A program made the translations under genes and the position numbers. The notes beneath the pieces were generated by a model, which did not search any database, was not told where the DNA came from, and was given only the letters and a program-made list of their open reading frames with translations. DNA of 64,000 nucleotides from a virus (lineage: Duplodnaviria; Caudoviricetes), in the IMG/VR virus record IMGVR_UViG_3300011989_000011, positions 12,252 through 76,251 of that record; one strand, written 5' to 3'. Shown piece after piece: positions 19,198 to 27,339 of this stretch (position 1 is its first letter; each line of letters opens with the position of its first letter).

Positions 19198-19417
19198 GTT
19201 TGAGATTTTCGACAAGGTGTCTAAGGGTAAAGAAGTCTACCTTTTAGATCAGCAGGGAGAAGTAGCCATGAAGTGCTACGCTGACGGTGATAGGGTTGGT
19301 GCCATGCTTAAACCCAAGGGCAAGAGAGCCTACAAGGTTGATGTTCGGGCAACAGACATCTTCGACACCATGAATGAATCATCTGAAACAACGAAGGAGG
19401 TCTACGATGAGTATTGA
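19190..19417 (+). CDS. Small protein coupled to the HD hydrolase; candidate immunity partner
   Basis: 75 aa, MDKFEIFDKVSKGKEVYLLD..TKEVYDEY; overlaps both neighbours. Confidence 0.55.
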   Translation: MDKFEIFDKVSKGKEVYLLDQQGEVAMKCYADGDRVGAMLKPKGKRAYKVDVRATDIFDTMNESSETTKEVYDEY

Positions 19418-19883
19418 TAGCGCAACTGCAAAGAAGATAATCGAAGCATACTACAGAGGTAAGAAGGACTTGAATGGGCTTCCTCAGATACGGCATCCAT
19501 ACGTTGTTGCGAGGATGGTTCAGTTTGAATCTGATGATGAGATTGCTTGTGCCTTGCTCCATGACTTGGTACGAGATAGTCGGCATGTTGGAGATTTCCT
19601 TTGGGATTTTGGAGTGTTGGAGATTATCGGTGCAAGCAAGGAGCAGATCGCCACGTTGGAATTGCTCACTCATGACAAGACTGAGCCGTATATGGACTAT
19701 ATAAGCAGAATATCAGCCTCCAATAACGAATGGGCATACGATATTAAATGCGCAGATTTACTTGCGAATATCGCTCGAAATAGAGGGAAATATCCAAGGA
19801 TTTACGAGAGACACACACAAGCCTACCACTACCTTATGCAGCATCCGCCTAAAGTAAAGTTAGCCAAAGCGAGCAAAAGTTAA
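19407..19883 (+). CDS. Small alarmone hydrolase-like HD-domain protein (Mesh1-type), with altered motifs
   Basis: GLPQIRHP, ALLHDLVRDS, LLTHD..YMDYISRI, IKCADLLAN. Confidence 0.8.
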   Translation: MSIDSATAKKIIEAYYRGKKDLNGLPQIRHPYVVARMVQFESDDEIACALLHDLVRDSRHVGDFLWDFGVLEIIGASKEQIATLELLTHDKTEPYMDYISRISASNNEWAYDIKCADLLANIARNRGKYPRIYERHTQAYHYLMQHPPKVKLAKASKS

Positions 19884-19989
19884 ATTTCTGATTATCAGCA
19901 AAATAATGCGGAAAATGTTTGGTCAATCCGTAAAAAATGACTACCTTTACAATGTAATTAAGAAACACATATAAACATTAAGAGCAATG
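19880..19989 (+). promoter_or_regulatory. Repeated promoter cassette, copy 4
   Basis: Palindrome 19880-19906; TTTG 19918; core 19932-19967; TAAGAGCAATG 19979. Confidence 0.85.
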
Positions 19990-20724
19990 AAAAAGAACGA
20001 TGTTAAAGCTCAGATTAAGAGCAACTTTCAGACAATGAGTTTCGAATCAGCAGTTAAGGCTAACGAAGCCCTCCTTCCCGAGTACATCAACGAGTACGGC
20101 AAGAAAAGCTACGTCTCAATGCGCAGCTACTACGCCAAGCATCAGACAACCGAAGGTGTCGCAGCAGAGCCTACGGCAGATGTCGCTACACTCGAAGCAC
20201 CTGTCACAGAGACAGCCATAGAGGTTGAGCCTAAGGTGGCAGACGAGTTCGAGGATAACCTTGAAGCCGTTGAACCCGATCAGCCGGAGGAGTTGAAGCT
20301 AACAACGGATGTCTGCTTGGAGAAGCCTTTCTCATTCATCGGGTTCGAATTGAATGAGGAGAATGTTCGCAATCTGATAGATAGCGACAATAGCGTCCTC
20401 AAAGAGAAGTGCTTGGTTCGGGAAGTCTTCGAGGTGACTGGTGACTTTCAGTTCTCTCACATCTGCGAAATGAAGGTAGCCAACAACGGCAAGGGTTGGA
20501 ATACATGGGATGATACCAAGGACGGACAGAAGTCTGAGGATTGGGTTACTTCTCACAAGAACGGCAACATGAGAAAGAGTAACTTCTGCTTCCCTGTCGG
20601 AGAGAAGCATCAGCTCATCCACTACGAGTATATCAAGTACGCTTTGCAGCACTACTACCTTGATCGCCTTGCATCTGAGGATGGTGCCGGAATGATTCAG
20701 AAGATTATCATCAACGAGGATTAA
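19987..20724 (+). CDS. Hypothetical acidic protein
   Basis: 245 aa with an acidic low-complexity linker. Confidence 0.65.
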   Translation: MKKNDVKAQIKSNFQTMSFESAVKANEALLPEYINEYGKKSYVSMRSYYAKHQTTEGVAAEPTADVATLEAPVTETAIEVEPKVADEFEDNLEAVEPDQPEELKLTTDVCLEKPFSFIGFELNEENVRNLIDSDNSVLKEKCLVREVFEVTGDFQFSHICEMKVANNGKGWNTWDDTKDGQKSEDWVTSHKNGNMRKSNFCFPVGEKHQLIHYEYIKYALQHYYLDRLASEDGAGMIQKIIINED

Positions 20725-20771
20725 GAAACAGACGGGAGGGTTCTGTACCCTCCCCTTTAATACTAAGAGCA

Positions 20772-21119
20772 ATGAAGTTAGTTACATCAGCAATCAAGAA
20801 AGAGCTTGCGAAATATCCACTGGGTTCACAAGATGGCAAGAATGGCGATGCTAAGGCTATAGCACGCTTCTTCTTTCCTATGGGCTCATGGACGTGGTAC
20901 GTTACTGAAGCCAACCTACAGACGGGTGAGGCGTTCGGAGTAACGATAAATGGTTCGGGCGAGGGTGAGTATGGTTACTTCAATCTGAACGAACTGCAAT
21001 CTCTCAGAGTCAGAGGTTTGGGTGTTGAGCGAGACATCTGCTTCACTCCTACCAAGCTGAAAGACATCAAAGACGAGTATCTACAGAAGAAACTTAAAAG
21101 TATGGGTTATGTTGCTTAA
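20772..21119 (+). CDS. DUF2958-family protein
   Basis: YPLGSQDG..ARFFFPMGSWTWYVTEA..GEGEYGYFNLNEL..VERD. Confidence 0.8.
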   Translation: MKLVTSAIKKELAKYPLGSQDGKNGDAKAIARFFFPMGSWTWYVTEANLQTGEAFGVTINGSGEGEYGYFNLNELQSLRVRGLGVERDICFTPTKLKDIKDEYLQKKLKSMGYVA

Positions 21120-21447
21120 CAATAGAGATATGGTGAAGTTGCTCCAAGCAAACGAGTACATCATTAAGCAGAATGAAGGTGATGAGTATAAGAACTATGT
21201 AGTTGCAGACAAAGGCTCTATCAGTCTTCGATTCCAATGGAGCACGGAGCCGGGCCAGCAGTTCTCATCTATCAGCGTTAGTGCTGCAAGAAGAGGATTG
21301 AAGAATATGCTTACACTCCAATGTATTGGAACATTGAAGAATCTGACGGCATCCAATCAGTGGATATGCGACTACAAAGGTATCGTTAAACTTCTAAAAG
21401 CGGTAGACATCATGACTTCCGCTTATGACAAGTTAAGAACGCTATGA
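21109..21447 (+). CDS. Hypothetical protein
   Basis: 112-aa ORF. Confidence 0.5.
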   Translation: MLLNNRDMVKLLQANEYIIKQNEGDEYKNYVVADKGSISLRFQWSTEPGQQFSSISVSAARRGLKNMLTLQCIGTLKNLTASNQWICDYKGIVKLLKAVDIMTSAYDKLRTL

Positions 21448-21902
21448 ATAATGAAGAATACATAATGTTATGCGAGAAGTTGCAGCGAGGCTCTAAGAAC
21501 CACGCTTATTGGCAGAAAGTCGTCAGAAATCAGAAAGACGTTCCTATCAGAAGCGTGTGGCAAGCCTTGCCACTTCCCATGATGTCAAAGTTATTAGGTA
21601 ACATCAGACCAAAGAAGAAAGAGTGCTACAAGAACGCCCTTTTGGTCGCTCAATATCTCCACTGCGATTACGTTGAAGGGTATGTGAATATAGGTGGTCT
21701 ACCTATAGAGCACGCATTCAATAAGATGAACGGTAGCTATTTTGATGTCACGTTAGAATTGGCTTTAGGAGATAAGGTTGATAAATACGAGTACACATCA
21801 ATAATGGAGCTTGATAGGGAGCGTGTCTTGGATATTGCAAGCGAGTTAGAGCTATACGGCCCGTATGCAAGTTATGTATATTCTAAACACATAAAGCTAT
21901 GA
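21444..21902 (+). CDS. Conserved phage protein with CYxNA..YVEG..HA motif (papain/transglutaminase-like fold possible)
   Basis: KECYKNA, YVEGYV, IEHAFN. Confidence 0.45.
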   Translation: MNNEEYIMLCEKLQRGSKNHAYWQKVVRNQKDVPIRSVWQALPLPMMSKLLGNIRPKKKECYKNALLVAQYLHCDYVEGYVNIGGLPIEHAFNKMNGSYFDVTLELALGDKVDKYEYTSIMELDRERVLDIASELELYGPYASYVYSKHIKL

Positions 21903-22324
21903 ATGGATCAGAAGCATTTGAAGCTACGATTGGCGAGTATCTGAAAGTCAGAGCCAACACAGACGAGAAGTTTGCAGAGGAAATGAAAAAGGAAGGCAAG
22001 TCCGTTCATGAGTGCTGCAACTATATCCTCAACATGGTTAAGAAGTCCGGCTGCTGCGGATTCGATGATGATGAGATTTTCAGCTTGGCAGTTCACTACT
22101 ACGATGAGGACATCACTGATAAAGCCTTGCTGAAAGAAATCAGAGGTTCGGTAGTCGTCAATCACAAGGTGGAGCTAAAGGAAGAAGATAAGGAGTCTAT
22201 CGAGGAGCAAGCCAAGAAAGACTATTATCAAGAGTGCATGAGAAAACAACGTGAAGCTAACCATCCTAAACCTAAGAAGAAGGTAGAGGTGCAGACGCCG
22301 GACTTATTTGGAGGATTGTCATGA
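21899..22324 (+). CDS. PcfK-like protein (family includes AcrIIA9)
   Basis: FEATIGEYL..KSVHECCNYI..GFDDDEIFSLAVHYYDE; adjacent to a PcfJ-like gene. Confidence 0.85.
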   Translation: MNGSEAFEATIGEYLKVRANTDEKFAEEMKKEGKSVHECCNYILNMVKKSGCCGFDDDEIFSLAVHYYDEDITDKALLKEIRGSVVVNHKVELKEEDKESIEEQAKKDYYQECMRKQREANHPKPKKKVEVQTPDLFGGLS

Positions 22325-23625
22325 AAGCAAGAACAAAGGTAGAAAAGGAGGTGATGGAGCTAAGCTCCACCCTCCCTAATCTGAGAAAGGATTCAACGAG
22401 ATATTCCAAGAAGTCGTTCTATAGGATGAAGTTTACCACTGGCCGTAAGTCATGGTGTTCTGAATGTGGGCATGAGTTCGAGGATAAAGGTCAGAGTTCA
22501 TGCCCTCACTGCCATTGCCATTTCGATCAGACGGAGCAGACAAGAAAGAAGACTGACCTCCACAATAGAGCCTACTTTGTTATCCTTGACACAAGGAATG
22601 AATGGCAGGTAATGCGCTATTTCAGAGTAGACAAGGAAAGTACAGCCGGAAAGCGAGCCAAGTTCTATAACTGGGAGGTTATGCAGCTATGGTTCACCAA
22701 AGGTCATTATGAAGTGATAGCGAGAAAGAGAAGTTTGGGGTTCTACATTGATACATTCTCCTATTGGTCTGATATGGAAATCAGAATCCCACGTATCAGC
22801 AGCAACGGCCCGCTTACGATTGAGGATATCCCATACGCATACGTTGAGAAGAAAAGCGTGCTGCCACAACTGCAAAGGTTTGAGGAAGACATCGAGCAAG
22901 AGAAATGCAAAGGATTCTATCGGAATGAGTTCTACAAGGTCTTGCTCGCACACCCAATGGCTGAGACATTGTTGAAGCAAGGTCACGAAGGTCTTCTGAG
23001 ACAGATGTTAGATTACGGTATGATGAGGAAGGAATACTTTGATGCGGTGAAGATCGCCCTAAGAAACCACTACGATATATTCAGCCAAGACACCACCATG
23101 TGGCTTGATATGGTCGAAGCCCTAATCTATCTAAGGAAGGATGTTCACAACGCATTTTATGTATGTCCTAAGGATCTACAGAAGTCTCATGACAGATGGA
23201 TTAAACTCGCTGAAAGAAAACGCAAGGAAGCCTATGATAAGGCTGCTGAGAAACGTAAGCTGAACATCCTCAAACGAGACAAGAAGATAGCTGAGAACTA
23301 CGAGAAGTCGCACATGAAGTTTCTTGGCTTCAAGTTGGATGATGGTACCGTTGTTATCAAGGTTCTGCCTACGGTTGAAGCCTTCAAGGAAGAAGCCGAT
23401 GAAATGCACCACTGCGTTTTTGCTAATGGCTATTACAAGAAGCCGAATAGCCTTATCATGTCGGCAAGGGTCGAGGGTAAACGCCAAGAGACTGTAGAGG
23501 TCAATCTGAGAGACTTCACATTGGTACAGTCGAGAGGTCACTGCAACCAACCCTCACCTTACCATGACGAGATAGTTAAGTTGGTTGAATCACACATGAA
23601 AGAAATCAAGAAGGTGGCATTATAG
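22321..23625 (+). CDS. PcfJ-like protein
   Basis: Zn ribbon CSECGH..CPHC; C-terminal EEADEMHHCVFANGYY..ETVEVNL..QSRGHCN. Confidence 0.88.
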   Translation: MKARTKVEKEVMELSSTLPNLRKDSTRYSKKSFYRMKFTTGRKSWCSECGHEFEDKGQSSCPHCHCHFDQTEQTRKKTDLHNRAYFVILDTRNEWQVMRYFRVDKESTAGKRAKFYNWEVMQLWFTKGHYEVIARKRSLGFYIDTFSYWSDMEIRIPRISSNGPLTIEDIPYAYVEKKSVLPQLQRFEEDIEQEKCKGFYRNEFYKVLLAHPMAETLLKQGHEGLLRQMLDYGMMRKEYFDAVKIALRNHYDIFSQDTTMWLDMVEALIYLRKDVHNAFYVCPKDLQKSHDRWIKLAERKRKEAYDKAAEKRKLNILKRDKKIAENYEKSHMKFLGFKLDDGTVVIKVLPTVEAFKEEADEMHHCVFANGYYKKPNSLIMSARVEGKRQETVEVNLRDFTLVQSRGHCNQPSPYHDEIVKLVESHMKEIKKVAL

Positions 23626-23688
23626 TTAAATATTGTGAAGAATAGGCACTTTTAGGAATAAAAGTGCTTGTTTTTCAAATATTATTGC

Positions 23689-23704
23689 TACCTTTACATT
23701 GTTA
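23689..23704 (+). promoter_or_regulatory. Variant -7 element upstream of the modification cluster
   Basis: TACCTTTACATTGTTA matches the cassette -7 region; palindrome imperfect. Confidence 0.45.
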
Positions 23705-23717
23705 AAAGGGCAATATA

Positions 23718-24119
23718 ATGAAAGTTTACACAAGTTATTTCGCAAACGGCAAGAAGTTGCATGAAGCCGGAATCATGATGATCGGCATTGCACTTTTCCC
23801 ACCGAAATGGTTTTATGGGGTGTCGTTGCAGCAAGTAGCTCCTACCAATTCAATCCTTCACGAGGATACGGAAGAAAGGTACGTTGAGCGGTTTAAGAAT
23901 GAGGTCTTGGCAAAGGTTGACCCCAAAGAGTTCATTGAAAACGTGATGACATTCAGCAAGGGCAAAGATGTTGCTCTATGCTGCTTTGAAAAGCCGGGTG
24001 ATTTCTGCCATAGGCATTTGGTTGCCGATTGGCTGAATGAAAAGTTAGGCTTGGGGGTCGAGGAATTTGGTGTTAAGGTTTCGAAGAATCCTCATTACAC
24101 CGAAGGAAGCCTATTTTAA
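23718..24119 (+). CDS. DUF488-family protein
   Basis: MKVYTSYF, LAPT-like VAPT, ALCCFEKPGDFCHRHLVADWL. Confidence 0.75.
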   Translation: MKVYTSYFANGKKLHEAGIMMIGIALFPPKWFYGVSLQQVAPTNSILHEDTEERYVERFKNEVLAKVDPKEFIENVMTFSKGKDVALCCFEKPGDFCHRHLVADWLNEKLGLGVEEFGVKVSKNPHYTEGSLF

Positions 24120-24186
24120 GCTTATTACGATTCCACATAAATGGCAAAGCGGAAAGACGCTTGACAGAAGGACAGACTTCTTCAAT

Positions 24187-24258
24187 GCGTGTGTGGTCTA
24201 TCGGTTAGGACGCTGCACTTCTAGTACGGAAAGATAGGTTCGACTCCTTTCACACGCT
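24187..24258 (+). tRNA. Atypical tRNA: Glu-type body with UCU anticodon
   Basis: Acceptor GCGTGTG/CACACGC; D arm GTCT-ATCGGTTA-GGAC; loop CTTCTAG; 4-nt variable region; T loop TTCGACT; one mismatch each in the anticodon and T stems; no CCA. Confidence 0.7.
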
Positions 24259-24265
24259 CTAATTT

Positions 24266-24338
24266 GCGTGGATAGCTCAGTTAGTAGAGCGGTGTTCCTC
24301 CAGAACGCAGGTCGTTGGTGCGGGTCCAACTCCACGCT
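24266..24338 (+). tRNA. Atypical tRNA-Gly(UCC)
   Basis: Acceptor GCGTGGA/TCCACGC with U73; D stem GCTC/GAGC; loop CCTCCAG; T stem GTTGG/CCAAC; T loop TGCGGGT is non-canonical. Confidence 0.75.
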
Positions 24339-24431
24339 CATGAGCTCAATATGATACGATTAAAAGATTAGAACGGGTTATCTGAAAGACGTTTGAGAGG
24401 CGTGTAATGTAAGAGACCTGTTCTTTATTAT

Positions 24432-24550
24432 CTCCGAGTTAGTTCAAAGCGCTATGCTCGCAATCGGTAACACGAGGGTCGGTAGCAGAGGTGTGGTAGA
24501 ATAACCCCAACACGTGAGGGGCGATGGTGGTTCGAATCCCCATTCGGAGG
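24432..24550 (+). ncRNA. tRNA-like element with a ~47-nt insertion in the D loop
   Basis: CTCCGAG/TTCGGAG stem; GTTC..GGTA-GAAT D arm split by a hairpin; GG-TTCGAAT-CC T loop; irregular anticodon arm. Confidence 0.4.
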
Positions 24551-24560
24551 CTATTAAGGA

Positions 24561-25286
24561 ATGTTGCCAATGATAGATGTTTTTAGTCCCGATTGCTTGT
24601 TTCCGACAGACAACAATTTGGAGATACCCGAATTGAGGTCGGATATGCAAGCTGAGTTCTGCGAGATACCTTTTGTGTGTTTCGGAGAAACGGCAAGGAC
24701 ATATCAGATGAAAGGCACGGGAACACTCCATTTCTACACTGATGATTATAGGTTCAATAGTCTGTACGACCATCCCGATAAGATATTGCGGATGGACCCG
24801 TCAAACATCGTTGAGCCTAATTACAGCGTTTTCACTGACACACCTATCGCATTTGGCTTGCAAGCTATCTACAGAAAACGTTGGATAGCGAGGATGATGC
24901 AAGAACATGGTATAAGAGTCTTCGTTGATCTGAATGTCGCTCCTAAGTATTACCAAGTCAATCTGTACGGAGTGCCACAAGGTTGGCGCAGTTTCTGCAC
25001 GAGAGGTTCTGAAGACAGAATGAGCCAACTTGACAACGAGTTCAACCTTGCAAAAATGCGTAGGGGCGGTGATGATATCTTATTCGTTTGCTATGGTGGT
25101 GGCGAGAAATGTCGGGAATGGTGCCAAGTTCATCATGCCGTATATGTCAATCCTCTCATCAACTACAAGAATAGTATTAAGCAGAAGAAAGAACTCTATA
25201 GGCAAGGTGTTTTCTTCTTTCAAGATGATATACCCGTAAAGACTGTAGAAAAGAAACAAGTTTACGACTATGCAGACCGACTTTGA
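24561..25286 (+). CDS. DUF4417-family protein
   Basis: HFYTDDYRF, VEPNYSVFTD, RWIARMMQEHGIRVFVDL. Confidence 0.7.
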   Translation: MLPMIDVFSPDCLFPTDNNLEIPELRSDMQAEFCEIPFVCFGETARTYQMKGTGTLHFYTDDYRFNSLYDHPDKILRMDPSNIVEPNYSVFTDTPIAFGLQAIYRKRWIARMMQEHGIRVFVDLNVAPKYYQVNLYGVPQGWRSFCTRGSEDRMSQLDNEFNLAKMRRGGDDILFVCYGGGEKCREWCQVHHAVYVNPLINYKNSIKQKKELYRQGVFFFQDDIPVKTVEKKQVYDYADRL

Positions 25287-27339
25287 ACGTACTTTTGGAA
25301 TTGAGATAGAAATGTGCAATGTAGACAGAGGGAAGATTTCTCTGCCTAATGGCTATTCGTGGTCTAAAGACGAAAGTATATTCAATACGGATGGCAAATC
25401 AAGCAAACATTTTGGTGGAGAGATAAATACTCCTCCACTCCACTTATGTCAGAGAGATAGGAAAGACTTGCGTGACATCTATTCAGACTTGAAAGACAAC
25501 GGAGGAAAAATAAAATGGAGCATTGATACCCATGTTCACATCTATGCAGGTGACCTTACGTTGGATCAGTTGAAGAATATCTTCTATCTTCTTTATTGGG
25601 ATTACAAATTTGTCAAGAGGTATTGCCATATTGCCGATTGGGATGAAATGGTCTTTAACGCTCAGCCACTTCCAACGGAAAACAAATATGATTTGGTAAA
25701 GAGAGCTGCTTCGTTATTTGATTTGGAGCATGCTTTTACCAATCAATCCAAGAAGAGTTATCTCAGATTAGCAATCAATATAGCTTCTTATTTTGTAAGG
25801 AAGACTATAGAGTTCAGATGCTTCCATGCTACAGATAATTTTGAACTTGTTGAGAATTGTGTAATAGCTTCATATAGAATGTTCAACTTTGCAGTTACTC
25901 ATACCGAAGACGAAATTAAATCCATATCTTCTTATGATGAATTTTGCGCAAAGTTAAAGCTACATAGAGAAACGCCTCCAACTCTCACTCCGTTGATTTA
26001 TCAAGGCAACCCATATAGTAGCATAGAGACGTTTATGACGAACTCTCTTCCCTACAACTCTAAGCAAGCATCATTGCTATACGAAGCTATCCAAAAGAAT
26101 AAGCATACGGATATATGCGTTGTCAATGGTTTCATGTATTATTACGAGCTATTCCTATTGGATAAGATAAATGTGTCTATCTATTGCCAAGACGCTTATT
26201 GTTATCTGCTCTATCTGATAGCCAACGGAAAAGTTTGCCTTACATACAAGGATCGCCTTGAATGGTTGGAGGATTACAATGATAAATCGGTTAAGAGCCA
26301 GCTTGCCCTTGCTCTGTATGCTTCAAGCCTACAGAAGTTTCTTATGAGCAAGAGTTCTCGAAACGATGCAATCATAGAATCGCTTAAAATCAAGGCAAAA
26401 GAGTCTATTGAGAAGATAAAGATATCGAATGATAGACTTCTTCGATTGCTCACCACATGCGAGTTTAAGGTTGGGACCTTGCAAGATGCTATCAAAGACA
26501 AGCAGGTCATATTTTTCAACTACGGAGAAGATAAGAAGCAGAAGCGCACATTCAAACTCATCCAAGAGTGCAGTGATTTGGATTTGAACTTTGACCTAAA
26601 GCGTAATGATTATTACGACTTAGTAGAGAGCCTTCCGCAATCATCTTACTTCTACTATTTCAGCAATAGTCCGTTTCTGAGCAATATGCACAAGCTCGCT
26701 ATGATAAAATCATCGAATGGCGATAGGCGTTCTGCAGGCCGTTTCCTCTATTGCAATAAGCCCACACCCGTCAATGATGTCTGCACATCATACAAGGAGT
26801 CGTTTGTCGATGTCAACGAGATAGTTCCGCCGGATGATTTGGTTATTGACGACCCTAAAAAATTGAAGATTGCCAAATGCAATTCAAGCTATCTCTATTG
26901 CTTGCAGAAGAAGTATATCAAGAAAGTTGATATGGTAAGCAGGTGCACCTATGCTTTCGTTGTCATGTATGACAAGTACACACTCGGAGGTTTTGGATTC
27001 ACCCTACCTCAGCATAAAGGCTATGATCTGTTTCAGTTGACAGATTTCTGCACCAACAATGAGATACCACGTCTGAGTAAACTGATATTGGTTTGCATCC
27101 AATCGGTAAGGGTTCAGATGGAGTTAAGCAGACGTATGCACAAACTATGTGAGAAGGTTATTTCATGTGCCTATACCCATAAGCCTGTAAGCATGAAGTA
27201 CAGAGGTATCTACAAGAAAGTGAAGGAACACTGCACATCATCTTACCTTGCCTACGAAGGTGTTCTTGGGCAGTATGCAGATAACAAGGCTATCATTGCT
27301 AAATATCAAAATCTTTGTAAGAATGGGAACAGAAGATAG
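25270..27339 (+). CDS. Fusion protein: amidoligase (COOH-NH2 ligase), degenerate methyltransferase-like region, Mom-like GNAT
   Basis: N-terminal RTFGIEIEM, GEINTPPL, THVH, TIEFRCFHAT (Amidoligase_2 pattern); C-terminal YAFVVMYD..LGGFGF..LTDF..PRLSKL..AYTHKPVSMKYRG. Confidence 0.65.
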   Translation: MQTDFERTFGIEIEMCNVDRGKISLPNGYSWSKDESIFNTDGKSSKHFGGEINTPPLHLCQRDRKDLRDIYSDLKDNGGKIKWSIDTHVHIYAGDLTLDQLKNIFYLLYWDYKFVKRYCHIADWDEMVFNAQPLPTENKYDLVKRAASLFDLEHAFTNQSKKSYLRLAINIASYFVRKTIEFRCFHATDNFELVENCVIASYRMFNFAVTHTEDEIKSISSYDEFCAKLKLHRETPPTLTPLIYQGNPYSSIETFMTNSLPYNSKQASLLYEAIQKNKHTDICVVNGFMYYYELFLLDKINVSIYCQDAYCYLLYLIANGKVCLTYKDRLEWLEDYNDKSVKSQLALALYASSLQKFLMSKSSRNDAIIESLKIKAKESIEKIKISNDRLLRLLTTCEFKVGTLQDAIKDKQVIFFNYGEDKKQKRTFKLIQECSDLDLNFDLKRNDYYDLVESLPQSSYFYYFSNSPFLSNMHKLAMIKSSNGDRRSAGRFLYCNKPTPVNDVCTSYKESFVDVNEIVPPDDLVIDDPKKLKIAKCNSSYLYCLQKKYIKKVDMVSRCTYAFVVMYDKYTLGGFGFTLPQHKGYDLFQLTDFCTNNEIPRLSKLILVCIQSVRVQMELSRRMHKLCEKVISCAYTHKPVSMKYRGIYKKVKEHCTSSYLAYEGVLGQYADNKAIIAKYQNLCKNGNRR

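Noticed and set aside
24213-24229. Amber suppressor (CTA) or Glu (TTC) reading of the first tRNA
   Set aside because: Those registers break the anticodon stem or put U at 37; only TCT fits a 7-nt loop with U33 and A37. No TAG read-through is evident in the ORFs
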